In this document: piece by piece, positions 25,346 through 38,415 of the stretch
Layout of the letters: each line of letters opens with the position of its first letter
Position numbering within the stretch: the first letter of the stretch is position 1
Assembly (NCBI RefSeq): GCF_001194135.2
Contig: NC_068994.1
Location: 27,533,525 to 27,590,420, forward strand
DNA length: 56,896 nucleotides
Reading direction: 5' to 3'
DNA from: Octopus bimaculoides
Taxonomy: Eukaryota
Made by a program: the position numbers and the translations under genes
The notes under the pieces: model-generated
Database searches by the model: none
What the model saw: only the letters and a program-made list of their open reading frames with translations
What the model was told of the DNA's origin: nothing

Positions 25346-25720
25346 CACCCAACTCAGTAAAACTAAGTTCTAGAAGTGTTGTATATATGCACAGCTGGGC
25401 CCTTTGCCCAATTCCTCCCCATAACATCTCCAACCACTTTTTATCTCTCTAACTGCAGTTTTTTCTTGATTCTGATAATCTTTCTCAGTGCCATAAGTCA
25501 TTTCACTTGACATCTATCACTCATCTTTACTCTTTTCTCCACCCACATATTACATTGCCTCCACTCTTGAGCCATCCAATCATCTCACATTCTCCACCAC
25601 CACACATCTCTAACTCTTCCTATGCTCTATGCTTGCCTCTCTCTCTTTTGTAACCTACACAATCTCTGGTCAATTCTTTCTACTTCTCTTCCCCCTCTCT
25701 CTCTCTCTTCTCTTTATTCC

Positions 25721-25751
<31 letters not shown>

Positions 25752-25769
25752 CTGTCTCCTGTATTAGCT

Positions 25770-26310
25770 GTATATCTATAAAAGGCAGGATGTGTGTGTG
25801 TGTGTACGTCAATGTAATTTATGCACATCCACAAATTAGCACACATGTCACTCCAATTTTAGGACATTCGTCACAACTCTAGCTGGGTTTTGTCAACTTA
25901 TTTTTCCCGAAGCCCCTGTGGGTAGCAGTAAAAACTGATTTTCAACTATAATTTTTACCAATTTCGAAGTTTGCTGACATGAGTTAAGTCGCCTTTTTGC
26001 CATAGCAAAGTGAATGTGTATGTGCATGTGTGAGGGAAAGAGAGAAGTTGTGTGTTGATGTGTGTGTGTAAGGAAGAGAGAGAGAGAGAGAAAGAGTTTG
26101 ACAACGTCTAACAAAAAAATTTAACGAGAAAATGTGTGTGTGAGGGACAGAGAGTAAGTGACAGCATTCGTCAAAAATAAAAATGTAAAATGTTTTTTTT
26201 TTTTTTCTTAAACACAAGATATAGTCTTCAAATTTAGGATGTTTTTGAAAGACACTATATTTTATAATCAGATTATATATACTTTCTCACACAACAATTA
26301 AAATATATTT
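25770..26310 (+). mobile_element. Helitron 5' segment (no 3' end found)
   Basis: tatctataaaaggcagga...tttatgcacatccacaaattagcac...ctccaattttaggacatt is duplicated (about 200 bp) at 26336. Confidence 0.55.
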
Positions 26311-26329
26311 ATTTTAAATCACTTATTTA

Positions 26330-28526
26330 TCTACTTATCTATAAAAGGCAGGATATGTGTGTGTATGTGAATGTAATTTATGCACGTCCACAAATTAGCA
26401 CGCATGTCACTCCAATTTTAGGACATTGGTCACGATCATGGCTGTGTTTTTGTCAACTTATTTTCCTCGAGGCACCCACGGATAGTGGTAAAAATCGATA
26501 TTCAAACATAAATTTGACTAATTCCCACATTGGTGAAATCTGTAAGTTTGCTAATATGAATTAGGTCACCTGTCTAGCAATGGTGAGAAAGAAAAATAAA
26601 GGGTAAATTTTTAGATTAACACCCGCACGATTTTCACTAAGGAAAAACTCGGATTTTTTGCATGGAATCAAGTACCCTGACCTCCTAATATGCTGCAAAT
26701 CCCTTATTTTGATTCAGAAAAAAGTGGGGTAGGGTGAGAGGCGACCACATCCCCATCCTGGAATCATTGGAATTTTTTTTTTCATTGAATTGAATGAATT
26801 CCTGTGACCTCCTAATATGCTACAAAACCCTTTTGGGGGTCTGAAAAACGTGGTGGGGTGAGGTTGAAGCCTCAGAAATTTCACCCCATTAATCTTTTCG
26901 CCCTACGATTTTCACTAAGGGAAAAAATAAAAATCGAGTGTTTTTTGTGCATGAAATCAAGTACCCTGACNNNNNNNNNNNNNNNNNNNNNNNNNNNNNN
27001 NNNNNNNNNNNNNNNNNNNNNNNNNNNNNNNNNNNNNNNNNNNNNNNNNNNNNNNNNNNNNNNNNNNNNNNNNNNNNNNNNNNNNNNNNNNNNNNNNNNN
27101 NNNNNNNNNNNNNNNNNNNNNNNNNNNNNNNNNNNNNNNNNNNNNNNNNNNNNNNNNNNNNNNNNNNNNNNNNNNNNNNNNNNNNNNNNNNNNNNNNNNN
27201 NNNNNNNNNNNNNNNNNNNNNNNNNNNNNNNNNNNNNNNNNNNNNNNNNNNNNNNNNNNNNNNNNNNNATATATATATGTATATATATAGTAGAGAATGT
27301 GACATATTGTGTGTGTATATACATATACTCTTTTATTCTCTTTTGCTTGTTTCAGTCATTTGACTGTGGCCATGCTGAAGCACCACCTTTAGTCGAGCAA
27401 ATCGACCCAGGACTTATTCTTTGTAAGCTTAGTACTTATTCTATCGGTCTCTTTTACTGAACTGCTAAGTTACGAGGACGTAAACACACTACCATCGGTT
27501 GTCAAGCGATGTTGGGGGGACAAACACAGACACACAAACATATACACACACACATATAGATATATATATACATATATACGACGGGCTTCTTTCAGTTTTT
27601 GTCTACCAAATCCACTGACAAGGCTTTGGTCGGCCTGAGGCTATAGTAGAAGACCATCGATGCAACCTTCTCCAATGCAGATCTTCGATGCAGCTTTGAC
27701 CGATAGTACCCTTAGGAGGGGTTAAGTCTAGATCAGGATTAGTCGCTGCCTTTCAGAGGCTCCTGAGCCCCCTTTTGCTAGGTTAGCTTAGGCTTAGGTT
27801 AAGGCTTAGTTGTGAGCTGACACAGAGGATTGGGAACCCTTTTGGGCGTTCTATTTTCCTTGCTGGAAGGGCTCCCAACCCATGGGCCAAGGAGGTTTAG
27901 ATGATGTGGGGGGAGGGTTTGAAAGGGCCAGCATGTGCAACATGATCGCCTCTGCCAGTCAAATTCCCAACCTATGTGTTCACATTGTGGCACTGATTCT
28001 GCAGAACTGGGTTGGGTGTGAAAATTAATTCTAAAGTATAAATATAGAGTTTTTGGAATCAGCAATGTTGTGTTCGGTTAAGTTCTATTTGGGGTGAAAA
28101 ATCAATAAACTGATTCCTTATAGGGTTTTCCATTCAATCAGGATGAAAAATCGATAAACCGATTCCTTATAGGATTTCTCACTAAAATTGGCTACACCCC
28201 ATTTTCAACCATAACTTTTATTACTAATTTTGATGTATTTTGTTCAAACTTGATGCCAGCGTTACTTAGGACTCATGGGATCTTTGAATGCTTTAAGTTC
28301 TCCAAAAAAAAAAAAACAATCGATGAGTGGAAAAATCGATATACCGATTCCTAATGGGATTTCCCAATCAAATTGTCTGCAACTTGTTTTCAGCCAAATG
28401 CTTACCAATTTCAATGGCTTTCGTTCAAATTTGACATCAGTGTTACTTAGTTTGGTTTGAAACAAAGTGCTTTATTAGCTTAATAATCCTAACTTAATCC
28501 CAGGCAACACCGAGCTATACTGCTAG
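26330..28526 (+). mobile_element. Composite non-autonomous Helitron, containing a gap, a SINE and internal tandem repeats
   Basis: 5' A|TCTACTTATCTATAAAAGG at 26330. 3' degenerate hairpin cccaggcaacaccgag followed by CTAG|T at 28523-28527. Internal repeats at 26620-26970 and 28098/28146/28332. Confidence 0.65.
27325..27655 (-). mobile_element. SINE type A (young, head truncated)
   Basis: CpG-rich copy of tail A and the distal head. Confidence 0.85.
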
Positions 28527-28984
28527 TCATCATTATTCTGCTAGCCCACCCTCTCCATCCTATCCAATCTCTACAGTTGTCACCTACTCTTCCCTACCTT
28601 CTCCACTTATCATCCCTCAACACTTATTCTCAATTCATTATACTCAGCCCCTTATCCATTTTCCATCACTCTTTCATTCACTCTTGCAATCTCTACCCAC
28701 ACACTTTCATGGTTCTTCACCCATTCACTTCTACTTACCTCATACCTTGATGGTCTGTGTAAATGCCTCATCACTATTTTTATTTCTTTCCTCCTCCCTT
28801 TTGATCACCCTCTCACACTCTCTCTCTCTTCTAAAAATGGAAGGTTGTCATGTCATTCCTCTACAGCAAAAGACTTGTTCTTTTCTGACCCTTGTTCTCA
28901 TACCTTAACCTTCATCTCCTAGCATAAAGCCACATCTCTAAGGGTTTGTAATCTTGCAAGCTGCATAGTGATCTCACTAGAGTT

Positions 28985-29170
28985 AGTTGCATGAGAAAAG
29001 CATCCGGTATTCACTTTAAAGTGGTTGACATTTGGAAGGACAACTAGCCATAAAAGCCATGCCAAAAAAGACAGTGGAACATGATGCAGTCCTTAACCCA
29101 TCAGATCTTGTTAAACTGTCCAACCCATGCCAGCATGGAACAAGGATATTAAATGAGCATAAGGATGATG
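28985..29170 (+). mobile_element. Decayed RTE 3' end
   Basis: ggttgacatttggaagg...tccaacccatgccagcatgga...gatgatg. Confidence 0.6.
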
Positions 29171-29589
29171 AAGTTAATGATTACAGAATTCTGTAGAAAA
29201 CTGTGACTTGCAAAAGCACTACACAATAAAAACACTTATGATGAACCAATTGTATGAAATAATTTATTGTTATTTATTTATATTTCACCCAAATATAAAA
29301 ACAAAATCTTTGATGATTTCTGTGACTCCACACAAACGAAAAAAATCAAACAAATCAAACTTCAGCATGAATAAATGGGACAACATAATCAAATTATAAA
29401 AATGATAATGAATTAACAATTATAGGAAGTAAGTGCAATCATCATGATTGGATACAGAATATCACAAACATCTTGTGTTACCTGTGTTAAAAGATAACAT
29501 ACACTGGAAAATTTCTAAATTACAACCAATAAAAAATAATGAGCTTTTATCTAAAAAGGATATGTTGACAAAGAATAATGATATATTAC

Positions 29590-30190
29590 TGACATCAATG
29601 TAATCCAATCTTTTGTATAGTATACCAAAAATTCACAAAAGCCAAAAAAATAAGTGAAGCATGCAAAGAAACCACAGACATCAATGTTCTCACGCCAAAT
29701 GATCTGAAATCAAGAACAGTAATTGCTGGTTCAATGTATGAAATGCACCATCTGAGTAACTTTTTAGACAATCTAGTCAAACTATTCTTCAAACATATAA
29801 GTTTATAGGAGGTAACTTAGATTATGTTAAATCACCTTCCGGAAAGAGTTAATGTAAAAATTCTGTATTTTTTAAACAGTGAATCTTTATACAAATAATC
29901 CCCATGATGATAGAAAGGGTGTTAATCATTGCATTACTAAAATTCATTCTGCAGAATAACTATTTTATATTTAATGATAACTATTATTTAGAAAAATCTG
30001 AGATCACAATAGGGTATAATGTACCAAAATCACTACAAAACTATTGGAACACTTTCTACCAATGTATACAAGAAAACTGGAAAAGATAATTTGATGATTG
30101 CTTCATTTTAGGGAATGAAAGCATAGAGAAATTAAAAGAATTTAAAATACTACTAGATCAAATTAAATGTATTGAATGAAATTAAAATTT
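29590..30190 (+). pseudogene. Penelope-like RT fragment
   Basis: YSIPKIHKS...DLKSRTVIAG...LSNFLD and LKFILQNNYFIFNDNYY, matching the PLE motifs LPKIHK, RPIV and NYF.F. Confidence 0.7.
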
Positions 30191-30931
30191 CAAGATAGAA
30201 GTTTTGAAAGTCCACATGGTGTTCTGGAAAAATTCACATATTCACAGTTTAGGGATTGTTGGTCTGCTTCTAATGGCTGCTGGGTGATAACAGTAGCAGT
30301 AACAGTTTTAGCAGTGGTGGTTTCTTGTGCCTTACCAACAATATTATTATGAAGTGGTGAGAGAGTTCGTATGAGGATGATAGTGGTGGTGGCAATAGTA
30401 ATGGTAGTGGTCGTAGTAGTAGTGGAGGTACCAGCCTCACTAGTAGAAGCAGAGTCGTAGTGATGGTAAAGGAAGTGGTAAGCCAAAGATGTAGGGTGAG
30501 TGGTTTGTTCTAGTTCATTTGCGAAAATGGGACTAGTCATTGTAGAAACTGTAGTGACAGCAGCAAAAGCAGTAGTAGCTGTAGTGGTAGCAATAGTTTT
30601 AGTAGTAATAATTTAGTAGAAATAATTTTTTCTCTCCTCAGTGGTTAAGAAGTGATCAGTATTTGTTGGAAAAACATCAGAACTTTCGAAATTTCTATCA
30701 TAGAAAATTAATTTAATTCATTTCAGTTTTTCACTTTTCTTTCCTTTTTAAATCATCTTAAACAATTGAAACCTTTTGCATATTTTAATAAAAATGTAAA
30801 TATTTTCCTCCTTTTATTCATATGAAGTTTTCATACCATTATTCATGTGAAACCTCTTATTGTTTTGAGTATATATGTGCATATGTTTCTATGTATGTAT
30901 GTATGTATGTATGTATATATATATATGTATG

Positions 30932-30964
<33 letters not shown>

Positions 30965-31046
30965 NNNNNNNNNNNNNNNNNNNNNNNNNNNNNNNNNNNN
31001 NNNNNNNNNNNNNNNNNNNNNNNNNNNNNNNNNNNNNNNNNNTATA

Positions 31047-31430
31047 TAGGCGCAGGAGTGGCTGTGTGGTAAGTTGCTTGCTTACCAACCACATGGTTCT
31101 GCATTCAGTCTCACTGCATGGCATCTTAGGCAAGTGTCTTTTATTATTGCCTCAAGCCAACCAAAGTCTTGTGAGTGGATTTAGTAGTCGGAAACTGAAA
31201 TAAGCCCATTGTATGTGTGTGTGAGAGTGTATGTTTGCGTATGTGTTTGTCCCCCACCATCATTTGACAACCAGTGTTGGTGTGTTCATGTCTCCGTAAC
31301 TCTATGGTTCAGCAAAAGAGACCGATAGAATAAGTACTAGGCTTACAAAGAATAAATCCTGGGATCAATTTGTTTGGTTGAAGGTGTTCCAGGATGGCCA
31401 CCGTCAAATGACTGAAACAAATAGAAGAAT
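31047..31430 (+). mobile_element. SINE type A
   Basis: Full head and tail A. Confidence 0.85.
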
Positions 31431-32636
31431 ATATATATAAATAATCAGAAAATGGAGAAAACCTCAGATCAACAAACAAATCAATTGGATCACGTCTAAT
31501 GCTTATTATTTAATACAAAACATGACATAACATTTATGTGACATAACAATTCTTACAGCCGTTTCCGCTTCCGATGTCAGTCAGTGCCTACAAAGAATTG
31601 CAAAAATATTCTTCATCTTCATAGGACATTCGAACTAGAACATGGAGCTTCATCAAAGTGAATACAAAAGCATTCAAAATAAACAAAAGGAAGAGGGAAT
31701 AGGAAAGAAAAAAATGGCCTAGAGAAGAAGTCTGGAAGCCCAATATATTAAAAACATACAATCTTCCATCATAGGACTTCAAAGTGTTACATTCGAAGTG
31801 TTACATTCTTCAGCAAAATACTCCATTTCACATTGCTCCAGTCTCTCTGCTGTAAATGAATAACCCTGTAATGGAAGTAGTGTGTGGACCACAAGGGGGA
31901 ACTCTGCTGTAAAATAAACCTCATTTCATCACATTTCATATGATCAAATGTATTTTGTTCAGCCTATGAACTCTTCAGACAACCCTTGTACAATCATACA
32001 AGCTGTGTTTATTTATTATCTTCCGTGAAATGTGGAGTCATTATGCTCTTCATGTTCAAAGTGTTGTGGGAAATATTACTATGCATGGCAACATGTGAAA
32101 GGTAGTGACAGAAAAGGCATCCAGCCATAGATCTGTCTTTTGATTTCATTTGACCTATGTACTGGGCATTAAAACAAGCACTATGATAATTTAGAATTTA
32201 ACATTTGAAGTAAAATTACTATACTTTCTCTCTCCCCCACCACACACATGCACATATTCTTTATCATTTTCCTACTAAATTCAGTCAAGGTATTGTGACC
32301 ATTCCAGGGTATCACTTCCAATAATTTGGTCAGTTACATTGACACCAAGACTTATTTCCACTCAGTATTTATTTTATCAATTTCTTTGTTAAACAGTCAA
32401 GTTACAGGTCATAAGGAAACATAACATAAATATGACATAAATACAAATTAACACACACTCATTTTATGTGAGTGTGCATGTGTGTGAGTGAATGACTGAA
32501 TAGATAAAAGAAAGCTACACCTAACTCTTGGTTGGAGTTAAATGTTTTTTAATAACAGATTTCAGGTGGATATGTCCTGCACCTATGAAACTTAAAGTAA
32601 TGTGGAGTCGTATCAAATTATTTTGTATATATGTAT

Positions 32637-32800
32637 CATTATCATCATCCTTTAACGTCTGTTTTCTATATTGGCATGAGTTGGACAGGTTGATCAGAGG
32701 TAGCATGCCAGAGAGTTGCACCAGGTTCCAGTCTGATTTGGCTTGGTTTTTATGGATACTCTTCCTAATGTCAACCACTTTACAGTGTGTGCTGGGTGGT
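32637..32800 (-). mobile_element. Decayed RTE 3' end
   Basis: catcatcctttaacgtctg...ggatactcttcctaatgtcaaccac, homologous to 43552-43700. Confidence 0.65.
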
Positions 32801-32929
32801 TTTAATATGGTAATAACACAGGACTCTTGTAGGCCAACCCTCTTCACTAGGGCTCCAATCCTCTTCTGCTGTGGAGAACAGGTGTTTTTGAGTACAGCAA
32901 GGTTCCAGGTATCTTAGTCCTTTATAGGT

Positions 32930-33065
32930 GCAGGTATAGCTGTATGGTAAGAATTTTGTTACCCAACCCACCTTGGCACCTTGGACAAGTGTCTTCTACA
33001 ATAATCCCTTTTCCAGGTTAATAATCTTAAGAATATTACTTTTCATGCTCGGATTTTTCCATGTA

Positions 33066-33098
<33 letters not shown>

Positions 33099-33342
33099 CC
33101 TGCGTGCGTGTGTGTGCACGTGTGTGTGTGTGTCTTTTTCTTTGTCTCTCACCACCACTTAATAATTTGTGTTGATTTGTTTATATTCTCATAACTTAAT
33201 GGTTTGTTAAAAAGAAGCCAATAGAATACGTAGCTGACTCTAAAAAGAAAAGTACTGGAGTTGATTTGCTCAGCTAAACCCTTCAGTGTGGTTCCGCAGC
33301 ATGGTCACAGTCTAATGAGTGAAACAAGTAAAAGATAAAAGA
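32930..33342 (+). mobile_element. SINE type A (decayed)
   Basis: Head remnant, (TG)n and tail A. Confidence 0.7.
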
Positions 33343-33371
33343 TACACACACACACATGTGTGTGTGTGTTT

Positions 33372-33429
<58 letters not shown>

Positions 33430-33598
33430 NNNNNNNNNNNNNNNNNNNNNNNNNNNNNNNNNNNNNNNNNNNNNNNNNNNNNNNNNNNNNNNNNNNNNNN
33501 NNNNNNNNNNNNNNNNNNNNNNNNNNNNNNNNNNNNNNNNNNNNNNNNNNNNNNNNNNNNNNNNNNNGATACACACACACACATGTGTGTGTGTGTTT

Positions 33599-33656
<58 letters not shown>

Positions 33657-33679
33657 ATGTGCGTGTGTGTGTGTAATAT

Positions 33680-34060
33680 TGAGATCAACCTCAAAAGGAG
33701 GTGGGTGCAAAGAGATCTAAAGCACACACCTCTGCATTATATGGAAGCAGAGTTGGCAATTATGGATTCCGAGTGAGTAAGGAAGTATCTTGTGGAAGAT
33801 GTTCCATGTGAAGTTGGAGAAGTTGTTTTGAAGATGCAAGAGTCTCCAGGTGAAGTAGGGCAAGGATGTAGAATTTTCCTTGCCACTCCATCTGAAGCAG
33901 TGTATGTGTTGAACATATCTTCCTTTAAACTCATTAGCTGTCATATCCATATAGTGTCTTGTAATACCACCACAAAAAGAAGACAGCTCTATCGACCCAG
34001 GTTTGAAGGGGCAGGATCCTCCCACTATTCAGTTAGCAGAATTTTTGTAGTGACAGGTTG
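33680..34060 (-). mobile_element. Penelope-like GIY-YIG 3' fragment
   Basis: GITRHYMDMTANEFKGRYVQH...ENSTSL, similar to the plus-strand copy at 11500-11700. Confidence 0.7.
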
Positions 34061-36545
34061 GAGTGCAAGGGAGATACTGTGTGGGTGTGCGTTTTTGTCT
34101 CTTGTAGCCTGCAGTCCTGGAAGTGATATTATTTAAGCATGAATAGCTACTCTAAATGTGGGAATTAAAGAGTTTAAGATTTCCATGTGTTCTTGGAAAA
34201 TGCTTTGTAATTAGCATCAAGAAGTCCCTAGCTATATTAGAGAAACCTTTTCAATGAAAAGAGGGCTGAACCACATTACCTTTTCTTTCTGTCTCTGGAC
34301 TTTGGATTGGGAGCAGGAGTCCTCCATGTACACTAACTTATTGGTGAAGTTACAGTTACAGTTAGGTAAAATTATTCCTGAACATAACCACTCATATAGT
34401 TTGAAATTGCTATACCAGCATACGTGTGTGTGCGTGTGTTTGTGCTTCCTTGTTTTGACATCACATGATAATTTTGAATGAGTATCACCATCATACAAGC
34501 AGTGTCATTTGATTCCAATGTTCCATGGAAATATTTCTGGTTCTGGAGAAATAATATTGGTGACTGGCATATATATATATATGTATATATATGTATATNN
34601 NNNNNNNNNNNNNNNNNNNNNNNNNNNNNNNNNNNNNNNNNNNNNNNNNNNNNNNNNNNNNNNNNNNNNNNNNNNNNNNNNNNNNNNNNNNNNNNNNNNN
34701 NNNNNNNNNNNNNNNNNNNNNNNNNNNNNNNNNNNNNNNNNNNNNNNNNNNNNNNNNNNNNNNNNNNNNNNNNNNNNNNNNNNNNNNNNNNNNNNNNNNN
34801 NNNNNNNNNNNNNNNNNNNNTATATATATATATATATTACTCAACAATATAAAAGTATAACCACGCAAATTATCTTTCAGTGTATGCTTTATTCTGACTT
34901 ATAGACAATTGACTGATATATATGTTATGATAAAGAACACTAAACTCTGTTGGAGATTTTCATAAAAAAAGTATTTATTCTTATGATAAGCAAAACAAAA
35001 TATTGTTATTACTATGAATGATAAAACATAGAGATAGTTCAAAGATTATTGTTCTTGGAGTGGTGTGATAGTAGTAGATGTTAAAATGTTAGCTGGTCAG
35101 TGTGTGTTGTTGTCCCTCTTCATCCATTGTTTTTGTATTGTCAGTGCTCTACTCAGCTGCTGTTCTACTGCTGTCTTCTGTGTCTGGTTTGATGTCTCCT
35201 ATCTGCCATCTGTTGTCTTTGGCTAAAGTGCACTGAATATATAGTAGAGGTTTGGCTCAGAAAGAAGTGCGCCAAAGATGAAATTGTTGTTGGAGCCAAT
35301 TCCATATGAAGTACTGGTCAGATTATTTTGATGACATAGGTCATATTCTAGCAAATTTGCTATTTTGGTATTTTTTAAATATATAGTGTGTATGTTCACA
35401 TACAGTGTTTGTGTGGGTGTGTGAGTTTGTGTGTGTGTTTGTGTGGCCACATTTCCTGCTTGCTAATTTTTCCCAAATTTTCTTCATTTTGTTAGTTTGC
35501 ATTTCAATATATTTTTGAAATTTAAGCATTGACTATAGATTGCTACACACATGCAAGAACATTCATATGTATACAATCACACATGCACACACACTCGCAT
35601 GCACACACATACACATAGAAGAGCAAAAAAATCTATGATCTTGTCATAATTTTAATTTTTGTTTTCAATTATTTCTACTTGCTATTTAGATTTGAAGTTT
35701 ATTCTTGTAATAAACCATTTAGTACATGTTTATGAGATTTACAATTCAATTGGAATAACATTGGAAGAAGACATTGACAAATATTTTACAAGAAAAGTGC
35801 ATGAAATAATACAGAAATAGAAATGAAGTTTGTATCTGGGGAAAATGTTTTGTACAAATTTTGTATGGCTGAGCTGTAGATAATATCATTAAAGTATCAC
35901 ATCTGGGTAACCTTCATCTACCCCCATTTGATAGTGGTCTGTTGGTTAGGGTGTTGAGATCATTAGTTCAATTTATGACTTGATCAGTGTGTTGTTTTTA
36001 TGTAAGACACTTCAATGCCCATTGCTCTTGTCTACTCTACTGAAATGGGATTCAGCCTCATGTTGGTACATTCTTCTCTCCCTCCAGCTGTAACACCTAA
36101 AGTTTCTGCTGGATAAAGAGCTGGGAGGGTAAAAAGATGTCAATGTCTGTTGGGACTTCATAGACACCAGAAATATTTAGTGAAAGCACAGTGCTTTTGT
36201 TAATTGTTTTATGTTATACTTAACTTATGTGTGACAGCAATGGTTTTTATGGATATGACAGCTACCAGGTAACTACCATCCACCCCATGCAACTGTTGAT
36301 ACTTGAATCAACAACAAAGTCTCTGTGGTCACAAACCTGTTAGAAAAAGCAGCCAAATCACCCTTAAATCATACACCATGATCTACAGAAATAATGGACA
36401 CATTAAATAATGTAGTCCCAGAAATACAATGCAACACTGACAATTAGTGAGGGAGTCTCTTTGTGGCCATGTCACCTACTAGACATGACTGCCAAATTTC
36501 CCTCAAATCACAATCTACTGTCTTATTAATGAAAGACACACTAGA

Positions 36546-37188
36546 TAATATTTATCCTCACAAACATGGATGTTCTATTAGAACGAACTATACTGCAGTA
36601 GTTAACATGAGAGACACTCTCATATTTGCTTTTGATGCAAAATGAATTCTTGTTTATATCACTAATGGGGAGACAAATCCCCACTACATCCAGCACCGAG
36701 ACCACCAGATCCTGTGATTCCAACTATGTTTGGTCTTGTCAATGATGGACATTCAACCTGTCTGACGATCAATCTATATATATCACTTGCAGGAAGATAG
36801 ATTGCTGCTGCCTCTAGTGATATAAACAAGAGTGCATTTATATAAATATTACCCCTTGGTATTAATACTGCCTCTGTCTCTAATATAAATATTTTTAACA
36901 AGCTAACTGGCTAATCAGGACACCAGCGCTAGTGCTGACACTGTCAAACTACATATCATTGCTACCTCTAGTGGTTGAGTGTCCATCATTGACAAGACCA
37001 AACAAGGTTGAAACCACATGAACTGGTGGTCTCGGTGCTGGAGGTAGTGGGGATTTATCTTCCCATTAGTGATATACATAAGAGTGCATTTTGCACTAAA
37101 AAGCCAATGCAGGAGTTTCTCTCCTGGTAACTACAGCAGTATAGTTTGTTCTAACAGGACATCCATGTTTATGTGGAGATAAATATTA
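36546..37188. repeat. About 210-bp imperfect inverted repeat with a partial internal copy
   Basis: 36546-36756 aligns to the reverse complement of 36975-37188 (roughly 80% by eye). 36815-36900 is a deleted direct copy of the right arm and its flank. Confidence 0.85.
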
Positions 37189-37889
37189 CCTCTCAGTATT
37201 AATACTGTCCCTGTCACTCATATATTTTTTTAATATTAGATAATGTTCTTCTTGATAACTTTGTCTGAATAAAGCATGAAATGGCCATGGTCGGAATGCT
37301 TTTGGTCATTGATCCACTGGATCAAGACTGACCAGGAGCTATACCACAAGGAGGGAACCTCTACATAGTCACTTCAGTTACAAGAAATAGCAGCTTAATC
37401 TCCTTCAAATCATAACTCACTGTCTTTAAAACAGGAAGGAACATTGGATAATGTAGTTTTAGATTTTCTTTGGATAGTCAAGTCTGGAACGCTTTTATTA
37501 TCCAATCATAGGACTTCTGGATCAGAGTGAACTTGGAGTTAAAACACAGTTGATAGAACTGTGAGTGATAGAATTAATCTGTCATTGCCAGGTTTAACTC
37601 CACCACCTGGTCCTGTAGGGGTCTTTAGTGGTGTTCACTCTATTGTTACAAGTAGTAAGCCTAAGTCTCCTGCCTGAGGAAAGTAAGATCTTGTTTCTTA
37701 TCCCACAGTCTCAGAATCCTTGTAAAATGAGTCATCTTCTGAGTAAACCATAAAAATATTTTTTTAATCATTACTACTTCTACTATTATTGCTGTTGTCC
37801 TCCCCCCCCTCCTCCTACTACTACTACTACTATTACTACTGCTGCTGCTGCTGCTACTACTACAAATAATAATAATGATGATGATGATG

Positions 37890-37933
<44 letters not shown>

Positions 37934-37989
37934 TTTTATACCAGGACAAAACATGTACAGGATAACACTTCCAGTCAGTTATGATCAGA

Positions 37990-38415
37990 TGCTATGAGAG
38001 CCAGTGCCTGGACAAGCAAATCAATGGTATTGAGCAGAATATTTGCTGTAGTCACGAGCAGAAGTATTGGGGGAGTATCATAGTCATGTATTGTGAAGAA
38101 TTCTTTGGGGTTTGAATAATTCACCTCTGGAAACATGGGTGTTTCATTCAACATCCTTAAACAACCCTTATTCAGGGACCTTTTGAGTGGGATGGGCTAT
38201 TTGACCTGAAGAAAATTGTAACTGGGCCCCACCTGCAAGATCATACACTGTTTATCTTGATATGAGATCACCATGTCGCACACATGGTTGTGATGCATGT
38301 GCCTGATGTACCCTTATCAAACAGGTAGTCATGATGGGTATGCTGGGCTTCATATATTTTACCCCAGTGTCACTTTGATGGCATTCGCTGTTCTCTCACT
38401 CAATAATAATAATGA
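37990..38415 (+). repeat. Interspersed repeat with (AAT)n tail (probable LINE/SINE 3' end)
   Basis: Non-coding, ending ctcactcaataataataat. Recognised only from recall as an octopus-type repeat. Confidence 0.4.

Noticed and set aside
30190-30540. 116-aa Thr-rich minus-strand ORF
   Set aside because: It derives from degenerate (GTA/GTG)n trinucleotide repeats.
33341-33655. Duplicated (CA)/(TG) block on both sides of an N gap
   Set aside because: Identical flanks indicate overlapping contig ends, an assembly artefact.
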